In this document: one piece after another, positions 9,352 to 18,796 of the stretch
Layout of the letters: every line of letters begins with the position of its first letter
How positions within the stretch are numbered: the stretch's first letter is position 1
DNA from: a virus
Strand: one strand, 5' to 3'
Virus record (IMG/VR): IMGVR_UViG_3300020139_000001
Coordinates: 1 to 64,000 of that record
DNA length: 64,000 nt
Program-made: the position numbers and the translations under genes
The notes under the pieces: model-generated
Told to the model about the DNA's origin: nothing
Database searches by the model: none
What the model saw: only the letters and a program-made list of their open reading frames with translations

Positions 9352-10355
9352 AGCTAACACTCAAGAACTTCCAATGTCATAGACATTTGTCTCTTGAGTT
9401 AGGGAAGGTCACTGTACTTGTAGGTCCTAGTAATGTAGGTAAAAGTGCGGTGGTACGTGCTCTTGGTTTCCTAACAGGACAACTGTCCGTAGGAGCCAAC
9501 AGACTAGTGACTAGAGGAGAAAAGCAGATGGTTGTCAGTCTCGAGATGGACGAAAAAGTGTATCAGCGAGAGTTCTCACCTTCAGGAATCTCTGTGAAGG
9601 TAGGGGATGTGATCTATCCTAGAATGGGGAACGTCGTACCTGAAGAACTAACGAGACTAGCAACTATACAGGGGCAATTTGATCCTCCATTCCTAATTAC
9701 GGACACTCCAACCAATATCTATAGAAAGGTAAGTGAGGAGCTCGAATTTGAAAAACTCCTCAAGATCATCGAGCTCGTACAGAAAGAGTGTTATCAGTGT
9801 AAACAGAGTCTAGAGTCTCTTCAGTCAAGGGAACAGTATCTTAGAAACAAACTTGCTACACTAGAGCCACTGGTAGATATCTCTAGACGTCTACTAGGCT
9901 TGTATTGTGTTGCACGCTTGTTGCAGTACAAACTAGCTATGCAATTGAGGGAACTGTTAGTTACCTCCCTACTAATCAGACTCTCATACTTATACAAATT
10001 GAGAGCTCGTTTATCACAATGGCAGAAACGAGTGTTGTTATACAGATTGCACATACTACAGCGGATGAGACAACAGAGGAGCATAGTTGAGGTATACAGA
10101 TTGCACATTCTGTGGGAGATGAGGAAGTGGAGAAGCATAGTTGAGGTATACAGATTGTACATACTACAGCGGATGAGGCAGCGGAGGAGTGTAGTTATTC
10201 TATACAAATATGGTGTATTGCGTTCTTTGTACTTTGCTCTTAGAACACAAAGAGTATGGGAGTTAGGTCAACGTTATCTAGCTCTTACGAGATTAGAAAG
10301 ATGTCCCACCTGCGGGCGTCCTCTAAATGAGTCCATTTGCGGAGGACAATCATGA
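9348..10355 (+). CDS. sbcC: SbcC/Rad50/gp46-like ATPase, N-terminal half
   Basis: MKLTLKNFQCH start, Walker A GPSNVGKS, Q-loop region IQGQFD, coiled coil, and a terminal zinc-hook-like CPTCG. Confidence 0.85.
   Translation: MKLTLKNFQCHRHLSLELGKVTVLVGPSNVGKSAVVRALGFLTGQLSVGANRLVTRGEKQMVVSLEMDEKVYQREFSPSGISVKVGDVIYPRMGNVVPEELTRLATIQGQFDPPFLITDTPTNIYRKVSEELEFEKLLKIIELVQKECYQCKQSLESLQSREQYLRNKLATLEPLVDISRRLLGLYCVARLLQYKLAMQLRELLVTSLLIRLSYLYKLRARLSQWQKRVLLYRLHILQRMRQQRSIVEVYRLHILWEMRKWRSIVEVYRLYILQRMRQRRSVVILYKYGVLRSLYFALRTQRVWELGQRYLALTRLERCPTCGRPLNESICGGQS
10039..10200 (+). repeat. 54-bp tandem repeat x3 (YRL(H/Y)ILxxMRxxRS(I/V)V..) inside the SbcC arm
   Basis: TATACAGATTG recurs at 10039, 10093 and 10147. 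Confidence 0.9.
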
Positions 10356-11155
10356 AGATAGCATTCATCGGTGATCTCCATATACAGCAACGACCCGTCT
10401 CTAGGATTGAAGAAGATTGGGATGGCGTTATACAGAAGAAACTGACATGGTTAAACAGTCTCGATGTCGAAGCCATAGTCTGTACAGGAGACATCTGCAC
10501 ACAGCGCCCCCTTACGGTATACACACTACTGTATGCAATCAACCACTTGAGAACCTTGCAAAAGCCGTTGTATACGATTGTCGGCAACCACGACTTAGTC
10601 ACCGAGTCAGAGAATATCATCTCACTCATTCCAACGCTGAGACATCTAGATGTTCTTCAAGTGGATGATGTAATCGTTTGGGGAGTTGATTGGGGTAGCA
10701 AGGTCGTACCTGCTGCTATACCTGGAAAGTACAATATTTATGTAATGCATGAACTCGTAGTCCCTTCCGCTGAGTATGAGTATATGGGTGAGTCGGTTAG
10801 GTATCAACCTTCGGCTAGAGACTACGATCTAGTAATTGTTGGCCACTTTCATTTGCCCTTCCGCAGAGGTAACGTGATAAATCCAGGTGTAGTATTCAGA
10901 TGCAGAAGAGACGAGGATATCATCTCTAACGTTGTGATTTTTGATACAGAAACGAAACAAATAGAAGTAACTCCCCTCCCTCAATCAGAGCATCCGTTCG
11001 TCTCTACTACATCTACAGAAAGTACTCTCGATATCGCACATCTTATTCGTTCTCTCACTCAACAACATACTGACGTATTGCAAGGTCTGCTAGATCAAGC
11101 TCCAGAGAGGTTGAGACCTATCTTGGAGGAATTCGTGAACTCATTAAGGAGGTAA
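10352..11155 (+). CDS. sbcD: SbcD/Mre11/gp47-like metallophosphoesterase nuclease
   Basis: Motifs GDLH, GD, GNHD, H, GHFH and NPG; SD GGAGG before the ATG at 10352. Confidence 0.88.
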   Translation: MKIAFIGDLHIQQRPVSRIEEDWDGVIQKKLTWLNSLDVEAIVCTGDICTQRPLTVYTLLYAINHLRTLQKPLYTIVGNHDLVTESENIISLIPTLRHLDVLQVDDVIVWGVDWGSKVVPAAIPGKYNIYVMHELVVPSAEYEYMGESVRYQPSARDYDLVIVGHFHLPFRRGNVINPGVVFRCRRDEDIISNVVIFDTETKQIEVTPLPQSEHPFVSTTSTESTLDIAHLIRSLTQQHTDVLQGLLDQAPERLRPILEEFVNSLRR

Positions 11156-11160
11156 GTGAG

Positions 11161-11358
11161 ATGAGATATTCTATTGACCAGATCAATACCGAAATATCCA
11201 TGATCGAGAAAGAGTTGGCTAGGCTCGGCGTAAAGAACATACAGGAGGAGTTGGAGAAAATACAAGGAACTGTGGATCTGAACGCGCTTAAGGCTGAGAT
11301 AGAGGCACTCGAGGCAGAGTACGAGCGGTTGCAGAAATTGTTTGAGAGAGGAGTATAA
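11161..11358 (+). CDS. Small coiled-coil protein, possibly a piece of the split SbcC arm
   Basis: Heptad pattern; SD present; lies between SbcD and the SbcC C-terminal half. Confidence 0.6.
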   Translation: MRYSIDQINTEISMIEKELARLGVKNIQEELEKIQGTVDLNALKAEIEALEAEYERLQKLFERGV

Positions 11359-11360
11359 AG

Positions 11361-11921
11361 ATGACACCTACCGAAGTACTCACTCTATATGAACATTTAC
11401 AAACTTCTCTACAAGAAGTACAGCGCGAGATTGATAAGACAGCACAGAGATGTGCTCTTCTACAAGAGACTCTCGACTACTGCAAAGCGTATCGAGCGAA
11501 GAGAGTAGAGGGGGTGCTCGCACAAGTGGCACAGTTAGTGAACTCTCTACTGGAGGTCATAGATCCTCATCTTAAGTTCTCTGTTGAGGTCAGCACGGAG
11601 AACGCTACCTGCCAGCTGAAGATTACCAAAGAAGGAGAACAGTTTGAGCCCAGATTCGAGTTAGGAGGCGGAGTAATTGACGTTGTGGCAGCTGGGTTGA
11701 GATTAGGATTGTGGAGTATGGGATCGAGAACTCCTCTATTGGTTCTTGATGAGCCATTTAGGTTTCTATCTAGGAATTACAAACCACTCATCGCGTCATT
11801 GCTAGAGGAGATAGTGAAGGAAATGCCTCACGTGTCTATCCTTATGGTAACACACGACCCCGACCTCATTCCGTCGGGCGCTCGTATCTACGACCTTACG
11901 GAGAAGCGATGGACTACGTAG
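11361..11921 (+). CDS. sbcC: SbcC/Rad50/gp46-like ATPase, C-terminal half
   Basis: Signature-like ELGGG, Walker B LLVLDEPF and H-loop MVTH. Confidence 0.85.
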   Translation: MTPTEVLTLYEHLQTSLQEVQREIDKTAQRCALLQETLDYCKAYRAKRVEGVLAQVAQLVNSLLEVIDPHLKFSVEVSTENATCQLKITKEGEQFEPRFELGGGVIDVVAAGLRLGLWSMGSRTPLLVLDEPFRFLSRNYKPLIASLLEEIVKEMPHVSILMVTHDPDLIPSGARIYDLTEKRWTT

Positions 11922-12409
11922 GATTAGCAACAAGAGTAGTGAAACATTTACAAAAAAAGTCTATGTTGTCGCCACTTCAGTTTGATGAGGCAATTGGAGT
12001 GGCTCTACTAGGAATCTCAAAACTGCTATACGAACTAGACTTCCACGAGGGGCCGGACTTTGTATATAGAGCTGTAGCTTGGGCACGTAAGGAGGTGCTC
12101 AACGAGAGACAGAAGCTGCTTGCTCAGAGTAGATCTTCGTACGAGGAATGTCCATTAGAAATACATATTGAGGCGAGTGGTTCGTTGGAAGACGATCCCT
12201 ATATAAGAGTCCTAAGACGAGAGTTGCGAAACCTCGTCCTAAGTAGTGTACTGTTGTCCCCCAAACAAAAGCAACTGTTTGTGTTGTTGGATTTCTTACA
12301 TCCAAAGAGTGACTTCAACGACCTTTGTAAGTTGTTAAAAGTAGAACCTGCTACTTTGAAGAGGTTGTTGGCAGGATTAGAGAAGTATTGCGAAGAGGTG
12401 TTGAAATGA
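11909..12409 (+). CDS. Sigma70-family-like transcription factor
   Basis: Region-2-like AVAWARKEVLNERQK and region-4 HTH-like LSPKQKQLFVL...DLCKLLKVEPATLKRLL; size similar to ECF sigma factors. Confidence 0.55.
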   Translation: MDYVGLATRVVKHLQKKSMLSPLQFDEAIGVALLGISKLLYELDFHEGPDFVYRAVAWARKEVLNERQKLLAQSRSSYEECPLEIHIEASGSLEDDPYIRVLRRELRNLVLSSVLLSPKQKQLFVLLDFLHPKSDFNDLCKLLKVEPATLKRLLAGLEKYCEEVLK

Positions 12410-15159
12410 GAAAGGTATTTTGGTTCATCGCTCTCGAGGTACGAGAGCCTCAAGTTGATGTGTATGCTCCACACGAACTTTTCACATATCATCCACATAC
12501 AAAGATCGGAGAAGTCAGCGTGGGTAGACTATTGCTGAACGCATACTTTGGGACACCTATGAGACTACTTACTGCTGTAGACATGCAACATTTACCTTCA
12601 GACATGCCATTCAATATAAAACTCCTGAGTGATACGGTTATTACCCACGTTTTACTTTCGTATAACCCAAATTTAAGTTGGGTTTTGTCGGCTCTACATG
12701 AATCTACGTTTTGGTCTTACGTCCAATGGTGTAAAGCGTTAGTAGACGGTATCTGCTCTGCGTGCTCTCTCCACAAAGAGGACACTTTTGTACCAAGTGA
12801 TGGTGCACTAGAGAATTGTGAACTAGTGATCGTAGGACAGGCGCCTGGAGCGGAAGAGGTGAAGCAAGGCAAACCATTCATAGGCCCTGCGGGCCAGTAC
12901 CTCTTCTCTAGGCTCTCAGAAATCGGAGTGCTCAGAGAGAGTTGCTACATTACTAACACGGTTAAGTGCAGACCTCCTCGTGATGCGGAACCAACGACAG
13001 AACAAGTACAGTCTTGCTCAGTGTTTCTGAAAGTGGAGTTGGCTCAAGTACAAGGACTTAAGGTGGCTGTAGGTAAGGTAGCTACTAGAGCACTCACTTC
13101 ACTAAAGACATTCAGGATTGACGATTACGTAGGAACACAAATAGAAGATGTCTTTGTCTTGAGACATCCAGCTAGCATTCTTCGGAATAGATCGCCTTGG
13201 TTGGAGAGGCAGTTTCGAGAGCACGTACAGAAGTTAAGAGATTTCAAACATGGGTCTCAACAACTAACATTCCCACGAGAGAAACATAAGGTTGTGACTC
13301 GTAAGGAAGATTTAGAAGAGGTATTGGATTGGATCAAACAACAACCATATGTAGCACTCGACATCGAGACTGCAGACAGAAGGATTTATTCCACAGTATT
13401 GACTATCTCTATAGGAACTGACGAGAGAGTGTACACGATTGATGTCGAAGGAGTAGGGGGTATTGAGAAGTGTATTGATGTGTTAAAGGAAGCAGATGGG
13501 AAGATAATCTGCCACAACGCCGAGTTCGATCTAAAGATTCTAAACTACCATACTGGATTGCAGTTGAAGTGTATGTGGGATACTATGTTGGTACAGCACG
13601 TATTGGATGAGGAGTCTGAACTTGGGTTGGGTCATCTAGCCACCCGTTTCTTGAACGCTCCACCATATAAACAGTTGAGTTTCTCGTGGGACGAAGTGTT
13701 CGTAAAGCAACAGAAGACTTCTCTGAGAGAAGCACTTACACCTGAACAGATCGACGAGTTATACTTCTACAACGCTATGGATACTTTTTATACTTATCAT
13801 TTGTTTTTACTACAACAACAGCAGCTCACGCCTGAGAACGGAGAGACATTCTTCAAACGTGTTATGCTTCCTCTCGTGCATGTATTCACCGACAACGTGT
13901 ATGGGATACCGATCGATGCCGCACGAATGATGGAAGTGGAAAAAGAGTTGAATATTCCAGAGGAAGAAGAGAGACTATACCAGATAGTAGGAGCGAGATT
14001 CAACTATAGGTCTACTAGGGAGCTCGAGCAGATACTTCGGACGTGGGGAGTGACGGAGGAGCAAACAGGAAAGACGGAAAGGACTGGAGCAATGTCTCTT
14101 ACCAAAGATGTGCTCAAGTCTCTTACTTCGCATCCTATTGAGAAGGTAAAGGAGCTGTCTACGCAATTGCTCAAAGTGCGAGAGCTGCAGAAGTTGAGGG
14201 ACACATACATCCGACAACTGTCAAAAACACTGTATGTCAACAAGTACACCGGAGTGGTATCTGTCTCTCCTTCGTTCAGATTGCACGCGTCCAAGACCTA
14301 TAGGATCAATACAGAGGAACCCAACATTCACAACATACCCCGAGACTCTGTCATACAGAAACTCATATATGCTCCTCCCAAATATGTTATACTTGGTGCA
14401 GACTTTCAATCAGCAGAGGCGTTCCATGCAGCCAGAGTTACTGGAGAGGAGAAGATTATCGAGTTCGTGTTGAATCCAGAGTTAGACCAGCATCGCTATA
14501 CAGCCTCTAGGATTTATAACATACCGGAGGACCAAGTAACTAAGACTCAACGGACGAACGCAAAGCTCGCATGGTTCTGCTTACAATACGGAGGTACAGA
14601 GTATGCGATCTCTAGAGACTTCGGTTTGACATTGGAGGAAGCAGCACAACTCGTGAAAGGGATCAAGCAAACCTACCCTAGACTGTTCCGAATGATGGAA
14701 GTCTTTGTGCAGAAAGCGAGAACAGAGAGGAGACTCGTTAATCGGTTTGGCGCTATCAGAAGATTTCCTTTGTGGACAAAAGAGTTTGCACAGTCTTTTG
14801 CTAGACAAGCGTTGAACTTCCCTTTCCAATCTGAGGTAGCAATCTATTGTCATCTATCCGCGATCGACTTACATGAAGTGATGAAAGTGGTGGGGCATCT
14901 GAAGTGGCGTATTCTGTTTACTATCCATGATGCGATCTACACTATAGTCAGAGAGGAACTGGCATTGATTGCAGCTGCAGTAATGAAAAAGATTATGGAG
15001 TTGGAGAGGGAAGGAATGTTCCTCCTGTCAGATCCGAAAGTTGGTCCTACTTGGTATGATCTTTCAGACATCAAAGATCCAACATTTCCTCAGCTCCTAG
15101 AGTTGGGGCTCGAACAACTAATTTCTGAGCTTGTGGAACAAGCCCAGAAACTTAAGTAG
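12406..15159 (+). CDS. Family A DNA polymerase with N-terminal family-4 uracil-DNA glycosylase-like domain (SPO1-type architecture)
   Basis: UDG4 motifs: CSACSL, VIVGQAPG..E..GKPFIGPAG, TNTVKCRPP, HPASILR. Exonuclease motifs: DIET, HNAEFD, YNAMD. Polymerase motifs: A GADFQSAE, B RTNAK...F..QYG, C TIHDAI. Confidence 0.92.
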   Translation: MRKVFWFIALEVREPQVDVYAPHELFTYHPHTKIGEVSVGRLLLNAYFGTPMRLLTAVDMQHLPSDMPFNIKLLSDTVITHVLLSYNPNLSWVLSALHESTFWSYVQWCKALVDGICSACSLHKEDTFVPSDGALENCELVIVGQAPGAEEVKQGKPFIGPAGQYLFSRLSEIGVLRESCYITNTVKCRPPRDAEPTTEQVQSCSVFLKVELAQVQGLKVAVGKVATRALTSLKTFRIDDYVGTQIEDVFVLRHPASILRNRSPWLERQFREHVQKLRDFKHGSQQLTFPREKHKVVTRKEDLEEVLDWIKQQPYVALDIETADRRIYSTVLTISIGTDERVYTIDVEGVGGIEKCIDVLKEADGKIICHNAEFDLKILNYHTGLQLKCMWDTMLVQHVLDEESELGLGHLATRFLNAPPYKQLSFSWDEVFVKQQKTSLREALTPEQIDELYFYNAMDTFYTYHLFLLQQQQLTPENGETFFKRVMLPLVHVFTDNVYGIPIDAARMMEVEKELNIPEEEERLYQIVGARFNYRSTRELEQILRTWGVTEEQTGKTERTGAMSLTKDVLKSLTSHPIEKVKELSTQLLKVRELQKLRDTYIRQLSKTLYVNKYTGVVSVSPSFRLHASKTYRINTEEPNIHNIPRDSVIQKLIYAPPKYVILGADFQSAEAFHAARVTGEEKIIEFVLNPELDQHRYTASRIYNIPEDQVTKTQRTNAKLAWFCLQYGGTEYAISRDFGLTLEEAAQLVKGIKQTYPRLFRMMEVFVQKARTERRLVNRFGAIRRFPLWTKEFAQSFARQALNFPFQSEVAIYCHLSAIDLHEVMKVVGHLKWRILFTIHDAIYTIVREELALIAAAVMKKIMELEREGMFLLSDPKVGPTWYDLSDIKDPTFPQLLELGLEQLISELVEQAQKLK

Positions 15160-15168
15160 GAGGTTTGG

Positions 15169-15543
15169 ATGAAGCCTAGGAAGTTGCTAGAGGAGACACA
15201 AAAATTGATCTTGCAAGACCAAAACTTATTCACTCACCTTCGCACAATATTGGCGAGACTGTTGTACGAAGAGTTGGGTCCTCAAGCAAAGCTATCGCCT
15301 ATTGTTGTTGAGAGGATATTGTTTAGGCTAGTAGGTTCGCTAACAAACAACAGGATGGAGGAGCAACTCTACATACCTTTGTGGAAGGCAAAGTTGTGTC
15401 TAAACTGCGATCAAGTGTTCAACTACGTGCCTTCGTTGATGGAAGAGAGATGGAGCAGTCCTATCGTGTGTCCTAGTTGTTGTAGCAATCAAGTAAAGGA
15501 CTTAGCACCTCTCGCACTAAAACAGGAGGAGCCATATGTGTAA
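15169..15543 (+). CDS. Hypothetical protein with zinc ribbon
   Basis: CLNC...CPSC; SD GGAGG. Confidence 0.65.
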   Translation: MKPRKLLEETQKLILQDQNLFTHLRTILARLLYEELGPQAKLSPIVVERILFRLVGSLTNNRMEEQLYIPLWKAKLCLNCDQVFNYVPSLMEERWSSPIVCPSCCSNQVKDLAPLALKQEEPYV

Positions 15544-15820
15544 GTATAGGTTTGATCATCTCCAGAAGGAGTTGGCTAAAGCGTGTAACCTTACAAAGGA
15601 CGACGAGGATAAAGCAGAAGAGATTTTCTCGTCGCTAGCTCGTGTTTTTGAACTCCCCCTAGCTAGAGAGGAGGCATACGAGAAAGTCTTAGAGATTGTA
15701 AAAGGAGTGGACCCCCTAGTGCTTAGTTATGTGATTCTTTCCGTGATCGAGAACGGTCTCGAGTTGAAAAAGACATTAGAGGACCTAGCATATCACTCTC
15801 CTCACACTAATGTACATTAA
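15536..15820 (+). CDS. Hypothetical protein
   Basis: SD GGAGGAG; overlaps neighbouring genes in the operon. Confidence 0.6.
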   Translation: MCKYRFDHLQKELAKACNLTKDDEDKAEEIFSSLARVFELPLAREEAYEKVLEIVKGVDPLVLSYVILSVIENGLELKKTLEDLAYHSPHTNVH

Positions 15821-15836
15821 GAAACTAGGAGGAACA

Positions 15837-16061
15837 ATGGAAGATGAAAGGCTTGTAGCGATCGCATTTGATTTGATAAACATAGTTCATAGTGCGCCGA
15901 AGCGCTCGATTGCGGTAGCAACTATGCTATCCTATCTCGAGCCCTTATCAGATGAGGAGAGAGCAAGAGTCATACAATACTGTGTACAGGTGCTCTGGAC
16001 TCTCGTAAGAGACCACTTCATCGGATCTTCGTGCTCCAACCGTCATGAGCAAACTCAATAG
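15837..16061 (+). CDS. Hypothetical protein
   Basis: SD AGGAGG before MEDERL. Confidence 0.55.
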   Translation: MEDERLVAIAFDLINIVHSAPKRSIAVATMLSYLEPLSDEERARVIQYCVQVLWTLVRDHFIGSSCSNRHEQTQ

Positions 16062-16719
16062 TCAATTGTGGAAAGTCTCTTCGCATCTGTGCAAGCACCG
16101 TGGGTTCCACTTCTGGAGTAGCCCAAGAACCGAAGTGGGTAAAGATCACGCGCTTTACACCTTTCATACGACACCACATCACTTGTTGATACATCGATGC
16201 ATGTCCAACATATCCCACTTCGCTAGTAAATCTCAGGGGATGTCGCACTGTGGCACCATCCCCAATATACAATTGTACGTTCTCTAGTACATCTAACGAA
16301 GGAAGGGCCAAAAGATCGGGAGCATAGACGAGCGTTCTGTTGCTTATCGTGACTTTTGGTGCAATGGTAACGAGCTTAGCATGTCTTACTCGTATTGGAA
16401 CGATTGTGACCTCTTGACTGCCTACTTGTGTAATCAGCTTCTCTGTGGGTACTCTAACGATAGGTGCTGAGAAATCCTTCCCCTGTAACACGTTGCTTAG
16501 TGTGCAACCACCATGATCCGGATGTTCGTGAGTAATGACTACTAGATTAGGATGTGGTTTAAATGTGTCGATCTTGTCCTTCCAGTCTAGTCCACAATCG
16601 AACAGTATTGACTCCCCTTCGTAGATCAACATCATTGCTGAGTGATACTTGTGTTGGGGAGAGGTTATCTTATGATAGCCCTTGGTGCCATAGAAAACTA
16701 ACTTTATCCCACTCATCAT
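16018..16719 (-). CDS. Metallo-beta-lactamase-fold hydrolase (RNase Z/PhnP/phosphodiesterase-like)
   Basis: Motifs LVFYGTKG, LFDCG, THEHPDH (HxHxDH), YAPD, GHAS and IFTHFG. Probable start MMSG at 16719. Confidence 0.85.
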   Translation of the reverse strand: MMSGIKLVFYGTKGYHKITSPQHKYHSAMMLIYEGESILFDCGLDWKDKIDTFKPHPNLVVITHEHPDHGGCTLSNVLQGKDFSAPIVRVPTEKLITQVGSQEVTIVPIRVRHAKLVTIAPKVTISNRTLVYAPDLLALPSLDVLENVQLYIGDGATVRHPLRFTSEVGYVGHASMYQQVMWCRMKGVKRVIFTHFGSWATPEVEPTVLAQMRRDFPQLTIEFAHDGWSTKIR

Positions 16720-16790
16720 CTTTTTGTTCAAGCTTCGTGCTGTCGGCTTCCATTGGAAGTCGAAAAACACTACTTACGGAGGTAAGGAAG

Positions 16791-17519
16791 ATGAGAACAA
16801 TTGTATCTTGTGCATTCCTCAGAGAGAGGAACATGAGTACAGAATGGTTCGTTACGAGATTCGGAGCTCACGCTCGGATTGAGCTCAATGCTTTATTAAA
16901 GCGGCTTGATGAGAGTAAGGACGGAGACATTGTCGAGATGCTAGTGGAGACTCTGGGACTCACATGCAAAGTGAAAAAGTACTACCCCAACGGTGCGTTG
17001 GAGAGTGTCACACCGTATGTACGAGGACAGATTCATGGTGTGGTAACAGTATACTCGAAAGACGGAAAAGTAGAGATAATGGACACCTTCTTTGGTGGTG
17101 AGCCTCATGGGTTATACAAGTACTACGACGAGCAGGGAAGGTTAGTAGAGAAAGGAAATAGGTATCGAGGAAAGCCGCACGGACTAGTACAGTATCACTA
17201 CTACCTTCCGACTACAATCGTAACTGTGAGAGAGCATTACAACCTTGGTGTGCTTTCTGGCACTAGCACAATCGTAGTCGGGAGTCGAGAGCTCATCCGT
17301 ATTCTGTATCGACTCAACAAAATCTGTGAGTTGAAGTGTTGGAGTCCACGCATGAGATTTGAGTTTGATGAAGAAGGTAACATGATTAGTATGGAGATCA
17401 GTAGCGTGGAGGGCTTACAAAAGATGTTAGAGATATCTGAATGTGTAAAGACTCATCCGGACCCACGAACCTTATGGAAAGAGTTCGACAAATTGGGGCT
17501 CGTTGAGCTCCAACCTTAA
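16791..17519 (+). CDS. MORN-variant repeat protein (YwqK-like)
   Basis: Repeats YYPNG, HGVVTVYSKDG, HGLYKYYDEQG and KPHG; SD GGAGG before the ATG at 16791. Confidence 0.75.
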   Translation: MRTIVSCAFLRERNMSTEWFVTRFGAHARIELNALLKRLDESKDGDIVEMLVETLGLTCKVKKYYPNGALESVTPYVRGQIHGVVTVYSKDGKVEIMDTFFGGEPHGLYKYYDEQGRLVEKGNRYRGKPHGLVQYHYYLPTTIVTVREHYNLGVLSGTSTIVVGSRELIRILYRLNKICELKCWSPRMRFEFDEEGNMISMEISSVEGLQKMLEISECVKTHPDPRTLWKEFDKLGLVELQP

Positions 17520-17533
17520 AAATGGAGGTGGCA

Positions 17534-17842
17534 ATGATCAAGTGTGTAGCTGTAGGAATCCACATACTGATAGGTGAAGTTATTCAAGAGAACGAGGAGG
17601 TTCTCGTTATGAGGAAACCTGCTGCGATGCTTCCCAATTCGTTGATGATGTTAGCACCCGGTGCAGAGGAAGATGCAGTCACAATCTACAAGAGGCAGAT
17701 TGTGTTCGAGTTCGTTCCAGGCAAAGCACACGTTGATGCATACCAAGAACTTTGTACTAGGTATGCAGCACAATCTGCAGGAATTGTGCTTGCGTCTGAT
17801 ACGAAGGTAGTACCGTTGACCAAAAACAAGACCAAAGACTAA
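17534..17842 (+). CDS. Small Sm-like-fold hypothetical protein
   Basis: ILIGEV...LVMRKPA...IVF...P...AYQ...SAGIVL pattern seen in T4-like phage conserved proteins. Confidence 0.5.
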   Translation: MIKCVAVGIHILIGEVIQENEEVLVMRKPAAMLPNSLMMLAPGAEEDAVTIYKRQIVFEFVPGKAHVDAYQELCTRYAAQSAGIVLASDTKVVPLTKNKTKD

Positions 17843-17854
17843 GGAGGTGGGAAA

Positions 17855-18796
17855 ATGATAATTAGGGAGACGATTTCCGGGAAAGAAGTAGTGGACATGT
17901 ATCCGTCTCTTTCGCCTACGGTAAAAGAGACACTAAAGAAGTACCTCGACCTGAGAACACTAGACCAAGTACTTCAGAAGTTTCAATCTGTATCATTCTC
18001 AGAACTAGAACTTCCTGTTCTAGTGGAAAACGACAGAATTCTCTGCTTCCCAAAGCACAACTTTGACACAGGTTATGTCAATGTGCTGGTTGATGAGCTA
18101 GTTCGTACGGGATACGTCCGGAGGGGGATGCACCTTATACGCGCAGTTGATGGCCTCGAGTCGGAAGTACTACCGAACGACATATACAAAAGCAGGATGC
18201 TATACGATGTAGACCTTTCCGATGGGATGTACTCTTATTCATATGAACTGCTTCGAATGGTTTGCACCAATCGAAGCTATGTGCCAGACGTTTCCTATAG
18301 GAGAGCAGCAAGAGTTCCGGCGTCGGTAGAGGTTCTCAGACATAGTCCTCTACTCAGCCCAGAGTCTCCAGCTTCATGGAGTGTTGTTGCAGTAAGACAG
18401 AAACTGTCTCCACTTCAGCACTTACCTATCACATGTAGCAACTTATTGAGAGCATATCAAATAAGCAAGATGTTCGAGCAAACCTCTATAGTACAGACGA
18501 AATACATTAAATGGACGGAGCAAGCAAACCTCATTCTATCAAAGTACGAGCTTATGTCATCAGGCCTACCAAGTGACGATATGTTCTCACTACTGAGTAG
18601 ACAGCCCAAAGGATGGAAAGACACCGCGCTTGGAAGTATGAGCGTATACGAACTTTGGAACGACTTGACAGAGATCATATCAAGAGCAGACGAGTCTGAA
18701 GACACGGATAGGACTCTTGATGCTCTCGTCAAGGCTGGTTCACTTTTGAACGAGAGTAAGAACAGGATGGTGGTTGCTCAACCCAAGAAGCTATGA
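17855..18796 (+). CDS. DUF932-like protein
   Basis: LLRMVCTN motif and a C-terminal SVYELWNDLTE. Confidence 0.5.
   Translation: MIIRETISGKEVVDMYPSLSPTVKETLKKYLDLRTLDQVLQKFQSVSFSELELPVLVENDRILCFPKHNFDTGYVNVLVDELVRTGYVRRGMHLIRAVDGLESEVLPNDIYKSRMLYDVDLSDGMYSYSYELLRMVCTNRSYVPDVSYRRAARVPASVEVLRHSPLLSPESPASWSVVAVRQKLSPLQHLPITCSNLLRAYQISKMFEQTSIVQTKYIKWTEQANLILSKYELMSSGLPSDDMFSLLSRQPKGWKDTALGSMSVYELWNDLTEIISRADESEDTDRTLDALVKAGSLLNESKNRMVVAQPKKL

Noticed and set aside
16791-17519. YwqK-like MORN protein as the antitoxin of a toxin-antitoxin pair
   Set aside because: No adjacent toxin gene is recognisable, and MORN-variant repeats are common as stand-alone phage proteins.
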